Assembly (NCBI RefSeq): GCF_009805595.3
Contig: NZ_VMQO03000001.1
Location: forward strand, 30,001-62,000
Length of the DNA stretch: 32,000 bases
Direction of reading: 5' to 3'
Source of the DNA: Candidatus Tremblayella phenacoccinincola
GTDB taxonomy: Bacteria > Pseudomonadota > Gammaproteobacteria > Burkholderiales > Burkholderiaceae
Shown here: one piece after another, positions 1 to 10,861 of the stretch
How positions within the stretch are numbered: position 1 is the first letter of the stretch
How the letters are laid out: every line of letters begins with the position of its first letter
Translations under genes and position numbers: made by a program
The notes under the pieces: model-generated
Told to the model about the DNA's origin: nothing
The model's input: only the letters and a program-made list of their open reading frames with translations
The model's database searches: none

Positions 1-1026
1 GTATTTATCAAACAGCTTGCTGCTAACATTAACAACGAAAACACTAAGTTCATATTTCTTAGTAGCTCATACAAAAGGTTGATTAAGATCTTAAAAGGAA
101 GCTACTACGTAAAGAAAGCTAACGACGTTAAAGCTCTATTAAAATGCAAAATTATTGTTACAATGCAAGGCAGTGGCTACACTGATATCACACTTGCTAA
201 GCTAAGAAACCTGAATTGGGTTGGCTATTGGATTGACGCAGCGTCTTCTCTTAGAAGGTTGCTTAATGTGTGTGTAGTGTTGGACCCCGTAAACTCTAGT
301 AACATCAAAAGATCCATAGAAGCCAGCAAAAAGAGTTTCGTTGGTGGAAACTGCACCGTTAGTTTAATGCTAATGGCGTTACATAGTTTAATCAGGAGAA
401 GCAAGATGAAATGGATGTTCGTTACAACTTTTCAATCTGTTTCAGGTGCTGGCGCCAACTACGTTAAGAGCTTGCTGTTACAGATGGCAGTATTGAGTAG
501 AGTTAGGTTTAGGAATGTGATAAGCTCAAGTATTCAGTTTAGAATAAGCGACCCAAACGCAAGTGAAACTGTTGCTGGTTCAATTGTGTCTTGGATAGAT
601 GAAGAAACGAATAAGTTAGGAACGTCAAAGGAAGAGCAAAAGGGTCTTATTGAAGCTAACAGGATATTAGACTTACCAATGAAGATTCACGTTGGTGGAG
701 TGTGTGTAAGAGTTGGAGTGTTAAGATGCCATTCACAAAGCTTTCTAATTAAGGTTGAAAGAAAAATGTGTTTTGGCTGTGTTGCTGATATAATTCAATC
801 GACCAGCAGATGGGTTAAGTTATTGCCAAATAGAAAACCATACTCAAGGTTACTATTAACTCCTGAAGTTATCTCTGGGTCTTTGGTGATTGCTATTGGT
901 AGGCTAAAGAAAATGGCATTCAATAGTGGACTCCTATCAATGTTTACAGTAGGTGATCAGCTGTTATGGGGGGCTACAGAACCTATAAAGCGAACACTTA
1001 AACTCTTTTGTCCAACCACGAACTAA
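1..1026 (+). CDS. asd: aspartate-semialdehyde dehydrogenase (5' end lies outside the window)
   Basis: Frame 1 is open from nt 1 to the TAA at 1024-1026. The translation is collinear with E. coli Asd: IIVTMQGSGYT, GYWIDAASSLR, active-site FVGGNCTVSLMLM, LRCHSQSF, FTVGDQLLWGA. The Met at 79 in the ORF track is internal, because upstream in-frame residues (VFIKQLAAN..FIFLSSS) still align to Asd. Confidence 0.93.
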   Translation, partial: VFIKQLAANINNENTKFIFLSSSYKRLIKILKGSYYVKKANDVKALLKCKIIVTMQGSGYTDITLAKLRNLNWVGYWIDAASSLRRLLNVCVVLDPVNSSNIKRSIEASKKSFVGGNCTVSLMLMALHSLIRRSKMKWMFVTTFQSVSGAGANYVKSLLLQMAVLSRVRFRNVISSSIQFRISDPNASETVAGSIVSWIDEETNKLGTSKEEQKGLIEANRILDLPMKIHVGGVCVRVGVLRCHSQSFLIKVERKMCFGCVADIIQSTSRWVKLLPNRKPYSRLLLTPEVISGSLVIAIGRLKKMAFNSGLLSMFTVGDQLLWGATEPIKRTLKLFCPTTN

Positions 1027-1170
1027 TCATATGTTGGACCTCGTTCTTTCAGTCTACAATGCAGATGGGTGTGGTGGGTTCTGTTAGAAGTCTCAGTAGG
1101 TAAAGTAATTGACTGAGGAACCTATCCACCTGAGGTTATCGTACATCTTCTTAACAAGAGCATAACTATT

Positions 1171-4100
1171 ATGTATAGAAACGCACAAAGGTATGTACAT
1201 TTAAGGATGCATTCAGAGTTCTCAATATTAGATGGCACTATCAGGCTAAATGAAGCGTTAGAATGCGCAAAGGCAAACAGACAAGGGGCTTTAGCTTTAA
1301 CTGATCTCAATAATATGTTTGGAGCAATAAAGTTTTATAAGCTATCAAGAATTCAAGGCATTAAACCAATAGTCGGATGTAACCTATCAATTAAACATGG
1401 TAGTTCTGAAAGTAGGAACAAAAGCAATATCATTTTGCTAGCCACTAACGTACAAGGGTATCGTAATCTTTGTAAAATAGTTACTATGGCTTGGACAAAT
1501 CATAATATCAACAGCTATTCAGTTCTCGATGCATATAACATAACTCAAAGATCTTCCAGTTCAATAGCTATAGAAAGAGAATACCTGAAAGGAGAGCTAA
1601 CAAGAGGTCTCATAGTTTTATCAGGAGCAACACAAGGAAACATAGGACAGGCCATAATGGACGGAGAAATGCATGCTGCGAGAAACCTGTTGAATGAATG
1701 GTTAGAAGACTTCTCTGGTAGTTTTTATGTTGAGATTCAACGTAGCGGCCAACAAAGCGAGGAGCGTTATATAGATGGTGCAATAGAAATAGCTGTGAAT
1801 TCTAGAACACCAATCGTAGCAACACATCCAATTCAGTTTCTCAAATCAACAGACTTTCAAATGCATGAAGTCAGGGCTTGTATTTCTGAGAATAAGACTC
1901 TTTTTAATAAACAAAGAGCCAAGAAATACACATATGAACAGTATTTCAAATCCAAAAGAGAGATGTGCAGCCTATTTAAAGATATCCCTTCAGCTTTAGA
2001 AAACACTGTACTTATAGCTAAAAGATGTAACTTAACCCTGAGGTTAGGAGATATTAAGCTTCCTACTTTCCCAAAGCCTAAGGGTATTTCAATTAAAAAG
2101 CTTTTCGTAGTTTCAGTAGTTAATGGTTTAAAAAACAAGATCCAAAAGAAACGAATAAGAATTAAAAGTGCTTCTTTCGTTCAATACTTTAACAGAATAG
2201 TATTTGAGTTCGAAGTAATACTTAGAATGGATTTCTTAGGCTATTTCCTGATAGTTTCAGACTTTGTATGTTGGGCTAAGAGAAATGGAGTTCCAGTGGG
2301 TCCAGGTAGAGGGTCTGGTTCAGGTTCTCTAATAGCATTCATTTTAAATATTACCGATGTTAACCCAATTCAGTACGGACTGCTGTTCGAAAGGTTCTTA
2401 AACCCAGGTCGTATAGCAATGCCAGATCTCGATATAGACTTCTGTCAAGTGGGTAGGGACAGGGTCATAAACTATGTAATGGGTCTGTATGGAAGTAACC
2501 TGGTATCACAGATCACAACGTTCGGAACATTTGCGGCAAGAGCTGCAATTCGAGACATAGGAAGAACATTAGGTTTACAGCATGTCATAACAGACAACAT
2601 TGCAAAACTCATTCCCCAAACTACTGAACAGCAACAAAAGCTTAACTACAACACACTAAAGCTTGAAACCATCGTATTGAATCCTGAAAAGCCCGAAGAA
2701 TATACACGGCCTATGGTAGGTAGTAGCGTTAGACGCTTGATTAATTTAGCAGTTAGGATGGATGGCTTAGCTAGAAACGTGGCAGTTCATGCCGGAGGAG
2801 TGTTAATATCACCAGTAAAGATTTCGATGTTCTGTCCTTTGTATTCACAAGAGGGCGAAGCCAATATATTAGTAAGCCAATTCGATAAAGATGATGCAGA
2901 GTCAGTGGGGTTAGTAAAGTTCGACTTTCTTGGACTTACAACTTTAACTGTTCTCAATAACACAGCAAGACATATTAAAGCTCTCCATAAGCTGAAGGCT
3001 TGGACATTGGAGGGCATATGTATGGAAGATATGGATTCATTTAAGCTCTTGCAAAAGTCAGATACCATAGCCATATTCCAATTTGAAAGCTCAGGAATGA
3101 AAAGGATTCTAAGAACAGCTAAACCAGATTGCTTTGAGGATATTATAGCTCTAATAGCTTTGTTCAGGCCAGGCCCTATGCATTTAATGTTCAGTTACTG
3201 CAAAAGAAAACATGGGTTGGAAAGCTCACAATACATAAACAACCGTCTGGAACCTATATTAAAAGAAACATATGGAATAATAATATATCAGGAACAGGTC
3301 ATGCAAATCGCTAGAGTTATCGGTAGATACTCACTTGCAAAAGCTGATTTACTCAGAAGAGCAATAAGTAAAAAGCAAACACTCGCAATGGAACACCACA
3401 GGCTGATCTTTCAAAAAGGTGCCAGGTGCATTGGATTAACCAACGATGAATCTAAAGCAATATTCGAACTAATGGAGAAGTTTGCTTGCTACGGTTTTAA
3501 CAAGTCTCACGCAACAGCTTACGCTATATTAGTCTTTCAGTCAGTCTGGTTAAAAGCTCACTATCCAGCTGAGTTTCTAGCTTCAAACTTAAGCTTATCA
3601 ATGCACGAAGTTAACAGGACTATCAAATTGTATAAAGACTCTTCAAATAGAAACATAGAACTCCTGAAACCAGATGTTAACAAGTCTTTTTATCAGTTTA
3701 GGCCAGTTGAGCTTGAATCCATAAAGACTATGTTCAAACCAAGCTCTAAACCTAAATATAAACCTAAAGCTATATTGTACGGACTGGGTGCGGTCAAAGA
3801 CGCCGGTAAATACGCTGTTCAAGAGATCATAAAGATTAGAGAAACCAAGGCTTTTTCAGGCTTACTTGACTTCTGTTTTAGAACTAACCGAAGAAACATA
3901 AGCAAGAAAACCATTGAGTCTTTAATAAGATCTGGCGCCTTCGATAGTTCTTGTTGTTCAATAAGAAGATGTGTTTTAATAAGAATGTTATCAGCGATTA
4001 TAAGGTATTCAGAAAGAATAAAGACATCCGTAGATATCAGCGACTTAAACCCAAACAGCGATTCCTTTGAGATTAACCTAAACAGAGCAATGAGAAAGAT

Positions 4101-4737
4101 AAGTCCAATTTGGAGTGAAAGAAGACTATTATATGAAGAAAAGAAAGCATTAGGTTTTTATCAGTCTGGACATCCATTTAAGGTATTTAAAAGTGAAATT
4201 AGAAGACTTGTTCCAAATAGCATAAGATTCTATAGAACTAGCTCTATAGGAAACCAAGCCCTCTTATGTGGCGTAGTTACCAGCTATTTCCATAAGCTAA
4301 TTAACAACAAAATCGTAGCTGTTATTCTTTTAGAAGACGACGAAGACCAATGTAGCATTTATCTCAACAGCTCAACATTACCGTCCGATGTTAAACTAGA
4401 CAAACTTATAATAGCAACTGGACTCATTCTCGCTCCAAAAGACTACGATAGATTAACCATAACAGCTGACAGAACATATAGTTTAACGTCCGAATGTATT
4501 AAACAATGTAGGCTTGTAACTCTTGTTTGTAACTTCGAATCAAACATCACAAAAGCTTCTAGCTTCTTTAAAAAACCCACAAACAACTCAGACAAACCTA
4601 TATACGTACAGATAAACCACAAGTCTAAGTCTTTTGTAATCTTAGACCATAAGTTAGCGATACCAAACGAAGCTACATTAAAAGAACTTAGGAAAGCTCT
4701 TGATAATGGAAACCTAAAAGTCAAATATATCTACTAA
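1171..4737 (+). CDS. dnaE: DNA polymerase III alpha subunit
   Basis: 1188-aa ORF. It has the PHP-domain N-terminus YVHLRMHSEFSILDG and the motifs GPGRGSGSGSLIAF, PDLDIDF, VKFDFLGLTTL, FRPGPM and GFNKSHATAYA. It is collinear with DnaE along its full length. Confidence 0.97.
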   Translation: MYRNAQRYVHLRMHSEFSILDGTIRLNEALECAKANRQGALALTDLNNMFGAIKFYKLSRIQGIKPIVGCNLSIKHGSSESRNKSNIILLATNVQGYRNLCKIVTMAWTNHNINSYSVLDAYNITQRSSSSIAIEREYLKGELTRGLIVLSGATQGNIGQAIMDGEMHAARNLLNEWLEDFSGSFYVEIQRSGQQSEERYIDGAIEIAVNSRTPIVATHPIQFLKSTDFQMHEVRACISENKTLFNKQRAKKYTYEQYFKSKREMCSLFKDIPSALENTVLIAKRCNLTLRLGDIKLPTFPKPKGISIKKLFVVSVVNGLKNKIQKKRIRIKSASFVQYFNRIVFEFEVILRMDFLGYFLIVSDFVCWAKRNGVPVGPGRGSGSGSLIAFILNITDVNPIQYGLLFERFLNPGRIAMPDLDIDFCQVGRDRVINYVMGLYGSNLVSQITTFGTFAARAAIRDIGRTLGLQHVITDNIAKLIPQTTEQQQKLNYNTLKLETIVLNPEKPEEYTRPMVGSSVRRLINLAVRMDGLARNVAVHAGGVLISPVKISMFCPLYSQEGEANILVSQFDKDDAESVGLVKFDFLGLTTLTVLNNTARHIKALHKLKAWTLEGICMEDMDSFKLLQKSDTIAIFQFESSGMKRILRTAKPDCFEDIIALIALFRPGPMHLMFSYCKRKHGLESSQYINNRLEPILKETYGIIIYQEQVMQIARVIGRYSLAKADLLRRAISKKQTLAMEHHRLIFQKGARCIGLTNDESKAIFELMEKFACYGFNKSHATAYAILVFQSVWLKAHYPAEFLASNLSLSMHEVNRTIKLYKDSSNRNIELLKPDVNKSFYQFRPVELESIKTMFKPSSKPKYKPKAILYGLGAVKDAGKYAVQEIIKIRETKAFSGLLDFCFRTNRRNISKKTIESLIRSGAFDSSCCSIRRCVLIRMLSAIIRYSERIKTSVDISDLNPNSDSFEINLNRAMRKISPIWSERRLLYEEKKALGFYQSGHPFKVFKSEIRRLVPNSIRFYRTSSIGNQALLCGVVTSYFHKLINNKIVAVILLEDDEDQCSIYLNSSTLPSDVKLDKLIIATGLILAPKDYDRLTITADRTYSLTSECIKQCRLVTLVCNFESNITKASSFFKKPTNNSDKPIYVQINHKSKSFVILDHKLAIPNEATLKELRKALDNGNLKVKYIY

Positions 4738-5077
4738 AAGCCTGAGTCTTTAAATTCAATTCGCTGTTGAATAAAGAGTCCAAAGAATAAAAGCTCCTTA
4801 CATCAACCTTCATAATATGAACTATAAAAGAACTACAATTTACTACATGCCACTGCTTACTACTTTGTGTTACGAATGCTGAAGAACCATACAAACCTTT
4901 GAATAACCCATGTATTTCCTTAGCAACGCCTCTAATGTGAACACTCGATGTACCTTCAGTCACTATGGTATAAACATGATTCAACTTAAAGTCCGAGTAT
5001 ATTTTGGTGTTTACAGTTTTTAGTTTGTATGTTGTGTATACGATTTTTAATATAAGCTCTACATCACACATTCTCAC
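4721..5077 (-). CDS. rsfS: ribosomal silencing factor RsfS (YbeB/iojap family)
   Basis: 118-aa ORF. TIVTEGTSSVHIRGVAKEI and QWHVVNCSSFIVHIMKVDVRSFYSLDSLF align with E. coli RsfS (CTGTSSRHVMSIADHV and [29 protein letters not shown]). The SD-like GAGGTGA lies just upstream of the ATG. A C-terminal extension of about 15 aa overlaps the dnaE 3' end by 17 nt, with the two genes convergent. Confidence 0.8.
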   Translation of the reverse strand: MRMCDVELILKIVYTTYKLKTVNTKIYSDFKLNHVYTIVTEGTSSVHIRGVAKEIHGLFKGLYGSSAFVTQSSKQWHVVNCSSFIVHIMKVDVRSFYSLDSLFNSELNLKTQAFSRYI

Positions 5078-5373
5078 CTCAGGTTCTGTATTCTAAACCC
5101 AATACAAACAGTCTACATCGCTAGTTGTTTATTGTTTTGACTTAGCTTAAAACAGATATAGAGAAACAGGTTTAGTAAGTAATCATAACAGCAATCACAT
5201 AACGCTCGTTTAATAATATAAAGACAGCTGGTTCTCAACAAGATATATAGATAATATTAGTTATTTAGTTGGTAGTTTGGTTCTGTGGAACAGCTATATA
5301 GTTGTATAAGAAGTTATGGAGGTTAACTTATGGCTATTGGTTTATGATATGATGATGTTGCTGCTGAAATGCT

Positions 5374-6783
5374 ATGCTGTTCATATATAACACATTAACT
5401 AATTCTAAAGAGCTTTTTAGAACTACTAAACCTAACTTAGTAAATATATATATATGCGGAGTTACAACATATGATCTATGTCATTTAGGGCATGGACGTA
5501 CGTTTGTAGCTTTTGATATTATTATTAGATATTTACGTCTTTGTGGTTATAAGGTTAATTATATTCGGAATATTACTGATATTGATGATAAAGTTATATC
5601 TAAAGCATTTAAAACTGGAGTACAAAGTAAGAACTTAAGTAAAAGTATGATAACGGAAATGTATAAGGACTTTAAGATAGTTAATGCTTTGCAACCTAAC
5701 CATGAGCCTTGTGCTACTAAAACCATAAAACATATCATTGACTATGCTTTTATGTTAATTAAAAAGAAATATGCTTATCTCAATACCAATGGAGAAGTGA
5801 TATATTCAGTTAAAACTACTAACAGCTACGGTTTATTATCTCGACAGCCAATTAAATATCTTAATGTAAATAAGCTTAAAAACCTTAATAATAAGCGCAG
5901 CTATAATGACTTTGTTTTGTGGAAAAAGCCTAAACCTGGAGAACCAAGTTGGGTTTCACCTTGGGGTTTTGGACGGCCTGGTTGGCATATAGAATGTTCA
6001 GCTATTAGTCATAAATATTTAGGAGCTAACATTGAAATCCATGGTGGAGGTTTAGACTTAGTTTTTCCCCACCATGAGAATGAACTAGCCCAAGCTACTA
6101 GCGCTTTTGATGGTTCTTGTGTTAGAATATGGATGCATACTGGCATATTAGTATTAAATAATGAAAAGATGTCGAAAGCATTAAATAACTCAATTAAGCT
6201 TCGAGAAGTCCTTAAATACTATGATGTCGAAACTCTAAGGGTTTTATACCTAGCTAGCCATTATAGAAACCCATTAGATTTTAGTATTAAAAAGATAAAA
6301 GAATCATTTATTTCTCTAAAGCGTTTATATACTGCACTTAGAGGTACTAACTTTAGAATAAAAGCAGAACTTAAAGAACTTAAAGAAGATATGCTTTCTA
6401 GGTTTTTTAATGCTATGAATGATGACTTTAATACTCCAAAAGCTTTTTCAATATTATATTCTATTGCTAAAAGGATAAACTATTTTAAACATAGGAACTT
6501 AATATTAGCGAATAAACTAGCAGCTAAATTACGGGGTTTAGGTAATATCTTAGGTTTATTAAGCTCCGAGTCTATTGAGCATGTCTTTGAGGAACATGTT
6601 CAAGAAAAGATATTAAATAAAGCAAAGGTTAAGATAATTGAAATAGAAAAACTAATTAAGAAACGTAAGCTAGCTAGATGTAATAAACAATGGCTTTTGG
6701 CGGATAATATAAGAAATAAGCTATATGATAGAAACATAGCTCTTGAAGATGAAAAAGAAAAAACAATATGGAGGTTTAAATAG
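5374..6783 (+). CDS. cysS: cysteinyl-tRNA synthetase
   Basis: 469-aa ORF with the HIGH motif (CHLGHGRTF) and the KMSKS motif (KMSKAL). It also has WGFGRPGWHIECSA and HGGGLDLVFPHHENE. It is very close to E. coli CysS, including LKRLYTALRGT and the C-terminal TIWRFK. The gene is very AT-rich. Confidence 0.96.
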   Translation: MLFIYNTLTNSKELFRTTKPNLVNIYICGVTTYDLCHLGHGRTFVAFDIIIRYLRLCGYKVNYIRNITDIDDKVISKAFKTGVQSKNLSKSMITEMYKDFKIVNALQPNHEPCATKTIKHIIDYAFMLIKKKYAYLNTNGEVIYSVKTTNSYGLLSRQPIKYLNVNKLKNLNNKRSYNDFVLWKKPKPGEPSWVSPWGFGRPGWHIECSAISHKYLGANIEIHGGGLDLVFPHHENELAQATSAFDGSCVRIWMHTGILVLNNEKMSKALNNSIKLREVLKYYDVETLRVLYLASHYRNPLDFSIKKIKESFISLKRLYTALRGTNFRIKAELKELKEDMLSRFFNAMNDDFNTPKAFSILYSIAKRINYFKHRNLILANKLAAKLRGLGNILGLLSSESIEHVFEEHVQEKILNKAKVKIIEIEKLIKKRKLARCNKQWLLADNIRNKLYDRNIALEDEKEKTIWRFK

Positions 6784-6808
6784 GTTAGCTTAATAAAAGC
6801 CAATAAGT

Positions 6809-6882
6809 GCGCCCTTAGTTCAGTTGGACAGAACAACGGCCTTCTAAGCCGTAGATCACTGGTTCGAGCCCAGTAGGGCGTG
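6809..6882 (+). tRNA. tRNA-Arg (anticodon UCU)
   Basis: Hand-folded cloverleaf. Acceptor GCGCCCT/AGGGCGT, D arm GTTC-AGTTGGACA-GAAC, anticodon arm ACGGC-CTTCTAA-GCCGT, T arm ACTGG-TTCGAGC-CCAGT, discriminator G. CCA is not encoded. It resembles E. coli argU. Confidence 0.9.
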
Positions 6883-6919
6883 CTTTCTTATATTAAACCA
6901 TATAACCACTAAACACCTT

Positions 6920-7360
6920 ATGTATATAACCACTATAATAAATAATAATAAGATACCCTTTCAATATTATGTTGAGAAAAGACTTGAAGCCGGTATTTCA
7001 TTACAAGGGTGGGAAGTTAAGGCTCTTAGGTTTAAAAAGATAAGCATTAACAATAGCTATGTTTATATCAAGGAAAGTGAAGCATACATATTTGGTGCTA
7101 GCTTTCAGCCTTTATATTTTATATCATGTTCAGGCATAAACTATGAACCATTAAGAAACCGTAAGCTGCTTTTAAATAAAAAAGAGATTGTTCTTTTATA
7201 TGGCTCAGTATATAAACATAAGGGTTATTCTATAGTAGTTGAATCTTTATATTGGAAAGGCTCTTGGTGTAAAGCTAGTATAGTTTTAGTTAAAGGTAAA
7301 AAAGACTACGATAAAAGAAATGATTTAAAAAAGAATAGCTGTTTGTCTAATGCATACTAA
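6920..7360 (+). CDS. smpB: SsrA-binding protein SmpB
   Basis: 146-aa ORF. EAGISLQGWEVKALR, RNRKLLLNKKEI, GYSIVVESLYWKGSWCKASIVLVKGKKDYDKRNDLK is collinear with E. coli SmpB. Confidence 0.93.
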   Translation: MYITTIINNNKIPFQYYVEKRLEAGISLQGWEVKALRFKKISINNSYVYIKESEAYIFGASFQPLYFISCSGINYEPLRNRKLLLNKKEIVLLYGSVYKHKGYSIVVESLYWKGSWCKASIVLVKGKKDYDKRNDLKKNSCLSNAY

Positions 7361-7427
7361 CCTTTTCATATTCAGTTATTGGGAGGAATCTGAAGAGACA
7401 TGTGTTATATAGAATTGTCCGCCTATA

Positions 7428-7982
7428 TTAAAAGAAGTCCTCCCATATAGCTATAGCTTTTCCTATAAGTAACTTCCCTGGAAAAGCACCCCAAAAACGA
7501 CTATCATAGCTTCTAATTAAATAATCACCTATTACAAAATAGTTAAGACTTGGTAAACACCAAACGTATATATTATTACATATGTCTTTTTTAATATGAA
7601 TGTTTAATCTATTATGAATGCTTAAACTACTATAGATATAACTCTTTTGGTCTTTAAGCTTTTGTATATAACTATTTATTATTCCTTTATAGTTTATGAA
7701 TATCTTTTTAATATGCTTATTATATATTACTTTATCACCAGGTAACCCTAATATCCTTTTGATATAGCTAGAAGCTTTAAAAGGATATTTTACTACAACT
7801 ATAGTTCCTCGCTTCTTAATAAAACCATAAGAAAGCTTTTTAACTACAGCTAAACCTCCAGAGAATAATGTTGGAACCATTGACTTTGAGTTAATACAGC
7901 ATAGTTCAAATATAAATGCATTTACTGAATATAATAATATAATAACTATCATAGACCTTATTATGTTAAGCTTATTATTCAT
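7428..7982 (-). CDS. lepB: signal peptidase I (shortened)
   Basis: 184-aa ORF with an N-terminal TM segment. It carries the catalytic Ser box SKSMVPTL, the Lys box YIKRILGLPGDKV and the GDYLIRSYDSRFWG box. It is much shorter than the 324-aa E. coli LepB. Confidence 0.9.
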   Translation of the reverse strand: MNNKLNIIRSMIVIILLYSVNAFIFELCCINSKSMVPTLFSGGLAVVKKLSYGFIKKRGTIVVVKYPFKASSYIKRILGLPGDKVIYNKHIKKIFINYKGIINSYIQKLKDQKSYIYSSLSIHNRLNIHIKKDICNNIYVWCLPSLNYFVIGDYLIRSYDSRFWGAFPGKLLIGKAIAIWEDFF

Positions 7983-8060
7983 ATACTTCCTCTTAGATAC
8001 AACCCCAAATAGAATATGATTATCTGTTTAGTTAGGTTTAACAGCTCTTTGTCTTAACAG

Positions 8061-10571
8061 CTATTTTAAAGCTAATATGTTTATTATCTTATTAGGAATA
8101 TATATTATTTTATATGCTTTTTTAGTTTTAAAATACCTTAATGCCTTTTCATATAGGTATAGTTTATCTTTTATTAGAGCTTCTCCTATATTCATAGGAA
8201 CCTCAATAGAACCTCTTACTTTATTATTTATTTGTACTATTATTGATAAGCATATAGGCTCTATGGTTGTTTTGTTTAGATTAAACCAATATAGCTCTTC
8301 TATAGCTTTTCTGTTGTTTAGCTCCTTCCATAATATGGAACAAATATGAGGAACAAAAGGACTAATTACTTTTATAGTTAGGTTTAACAGCTCTTTGGAT
8401 AAAGAATAATCCAACTCTTTTATTTTAGGCATTTTAACTAACTTACTAACTATTTTCATAATAGAGGCTATCGAAGTATTAAATGAATGACGCTCTTTTA
8501 TATCTTTAACTATATTAATAATAGACTTATTAACCTCCTTGTATAATAACAACTGTTCTTTGTTTAGAGAATTAACATCAAAAGGCAAAACATATCTTAG
8601 TTCTACATGCTCATATACAATCTTCCATACTTTATTTAAAAACCGATATGAACCTTCTATTCCTGACTGCTTCCAAATAATATCTATGTTAGCAGGAGCA
8701 GCAAACATAATAAATAATCGTAAAGCATCAGCGCCATATATTTCTAATACTTTTCCTGGACATGTACCATTATTTTTAGACTTTGACATCTTATGAATAC
8801 CTGCATGTTTGACCTCATTACCATCTAAATCAAAAAGCTTAGTTAGCTTGTCTTTATTATTATATCTAGTAACTACGTTTAGTGGAGAAACCCATTTAAT
8901 GCTTTTATCAACATAGTAAAAAGCTTCCGCTAAAACCATCCCTTGACAAAAGAGTTTTCTTACTGGCTCTTTATAGCTAAACCCAACTAACCCAGCATCT
9001 CTTAATAGTTTATAATAAAGCCTAAAATATAATAAATGCATAATTGCATGCTCTATTCCACCTATATATTGATCAACAGGTAACCAATAGTTTGTTGCTT
9101 TTATATCTATCATGCTTTTTCTAAAGTCTGGGCAAACATAACGAATGTAATACCACGAAGACTCTAAAAAGGTATCAAAGGTATCAGGTTCACGATAAAC
9201 ATCTTTTCCTTTATATATTACTTTATACCATTTTACATTCTTTTTTATATTAGTTACTAACATATAGCTATTTACTAATAGGCTTTCATCCAATAATATA
9301 GGTAATTCTTTAGCTGCTACAGGAACTACCTTTTTAGGTTTTAATAGCATTGGCATAGGAACTCCCCAAATACGCTGTCTAGAAATACACCAGTCTTTTA
9401 AGCTATAGTTTATCTTTTGGTTACATTTATTAGTTTTAATTAACTTATTCATTATAGCTTCAGGCTTTTGAGGGTTACCATATGTTGATTTGTTTTCAAT
9501 ACATATTTCAGTTGGCAGTCTATGGTTTATAGCAAAGCTAAAATCTTCTATATATATAGAAGGAATACCTATACTAATACCTGTTCCATAGTCTTTTATT
9601 ATATGCTTAACTACCCAAACTGATAGCTTTATATTTGTTAATGGGTTTATAGCATAAAGATCTGTATTTAGTTCTTCTTGATAACTATGGGGTTCCCCTA
9701 GCTTAGTTTTTAAACAGCCTGTAATAAACCCTTTTACCTCTTTTACGTTCTTTTTAAGAGCTAATAAAGATAAGCAATGGTAAACTGATATATATATATA
9801 TGTAGCTTTTAACAAGAGTTCTGGGTTTATAGCATATATATTTAAACTATTATCTTTAGCTTCTATATTAAATACTATACCTATGCCTTTAGATTTACCT
9901 ATCCAGCTTCTTTGCATATCTTTTATGTTTATTGGCCAATAGGTTAAATAGGCTAGTTCTTTTAATAGGTCATCTGCATATGAAGTTATTTTAATAAACC
10001 ATTGCGAAAGCCTTTTAAAAGCTATAGAGTTATTACACCTCCAACAGCAACCATTAACAGCCTGTTCATTTGCTAATACAGTTTTATCAGTAGGACACCA
10101 ATTAACAACTGTTTTGCTTTTATATGCTAACTCCTTATTATATAGAAATACATATAGCCATTGCTCCCATATATAAAACTCTGGTTTGCATGTGATAAGT
10201 TCTCGAGACCAGTCAAAGCTAAAACCCATAGGCTTTAGCTGCTTTCTCATATACTTTATATTATTATATGTCCATTCAGAAGGGATACTTTTATTATTAA
10301 CTGCCGCACTTTCCGCAGGTAAACCAAAAGCGTCCCATCCAATCGGATTCAAAACAGATATTCCTTGCATACGTTGGTATCTAGCTATAGTGTCTCCTAT
10401 TGTATAGTTTCGTATATGACCCATATGAAGCTTACCAGAAGGATAAGGCAACATAGATAAACAATAATGCTTTTCTTTTTCAATAGACTCAGTAGCTTTG
10501 AATATCTGGCTTTTCCCCCAATATTCTTGAACATTAGCTTCTATTTCTTTATGGTAATATAGGACATCCAT
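8061..10571 (-). CDS. leuS: leucyl-tRNA synthetase
   Basis: 836-aa ORF with HIGH (PYPSGKLHMGHIRNY) and KMSKS (KMSKSKNN) motifs. The N-terminal 200 aa are almost collinear with E. coli LeuS: KEKHYCLSMLPYPSG, IARYQRMQG, NWCPTDKTVLANEQAVNGCCWRC, QWFIKITSYADDLL. Confidence 0.97.
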   Translation of the reverse strand: MDVLYYHKEIEANVQEYWGKSQIFKATESIEKEKHYCLSMLPYPSGKLHMGHIRNYTIGDTIARYQRMQGISVLNPIGWDAFGLPAESAAVNNKSIPSEWTYNNIKYMRKQLKPMGFSFDWSRELITCKPEFYIWEQWLYVFLYNKELAYKSKTVVNWCPTDKTVLANEQAVNGCCWRCNNSIAFKRLSQWFIKITSYADDLLKELAYLTYWPINIKDMQRSWIGKSKGIGIVFNIEAKDNSLNIYAINPELLLKATYIYISVYHCLSLLALKKNVKEVKGFITGCLKTKLGEPHSYQEELNTDLYAINPLTNIKLSVWVVKHIIKDYGTGISIGIPSIYIEDFSFAINHRLPTEICIENKSTYGNPQKPEAIMNKLIKTNKCNQKINYSLKDWCISRQRIWGVPMPMLLKPKKVVPVAAKELPILLDESLLVNSYMLVTNIKKNVKWYKVIYKGKDVYREPDTFDTFLESSWYYIRYVCPDFRKSMIDIKATNYWLPVDQYIGGIEHAIMHLLYFRLYYKLLRDAGLVGFSYKEPVRKLFCQGMVLAEAFYYVDKSIKWVSPLNVVTRYNNKDKLTKLFDLDGNEVKHAGIHKMSKSKNNGTCPGKVLEIYGADALRLFIMFAAPANIDIIWKQSGIEGSYRFLNKVWKIVYEHVELRYVLPFDVNSLNKEQLLLYKEVNKSIINIVKDIKERHSFNTSIASIMKIVSKLVKMPKIKELDYSLSKELLNLTIKVISPFVPHICSILWKELNNRKAIEELYWFNLNKTTIEPICLSIIVQINNKVRGSIEVPMNIGEALIKDKLYLYEKALRYFKTKKAYKIIYIPNKIINILALK

Positions 10572-10750
10572 AGCTTATTAACGTTTGTTTAGGGTTTTAT
10601 GCATCTAGGCTAAACCACGAAGCTACTATTGAAACAACCAATGGTTTATGTTGTAGCTAAAGGACTAGCTGTATAGGTTTATAGATACATTCTTTATTGT
10701 ACTAAGGAACTGTTGTTAGAGACTCTAGAGGGAGAAGTACTTCTAGCATA

Positions 10751-10833
10751 TACCGAGGTGGCGGAATAGGTAGTCGCGTTACTTTGAGGTGGTAATGCTT
10801 TATAAGCATACGGGTTCAAGCCCCGTCCTCGGT
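10751..10833 (+). tRNA. tRNA-Leu (anticodon GAG), class II with long variable arm
   Basis: Acceptor ACCGAGG/CCTCGGT, anticodon arm TTACT-TTGAGGT-GGTAA, long variable arm TGCTTTATAAGCAT, T arm ACGGG-TTCAAGC-CCCGT, discriminator A. It is very similar to E. coli leuU as I remember it. Confidence 0.9.
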
Positions 10834-10861
10834 ATTATATAATAAACATAATACACATCTA

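Noticed and set aside
1122-1310. 62-aa minus-strand ORF overlapping the dnaE start
   Set aside because: It is antisense to the conserved dnaE N-terminus and has no recognisable features.
1125-5087. A 9-nt inverted match ACCTGAGGT (about 1127) and ACCTCAGGT (about 5077) flanking dnaE-rsfS
   Set aside because: This length is expected by chance in 32 kb. The 5077 copy is simply the rsfS Shine-Dalgarno region (GAGGTGA).
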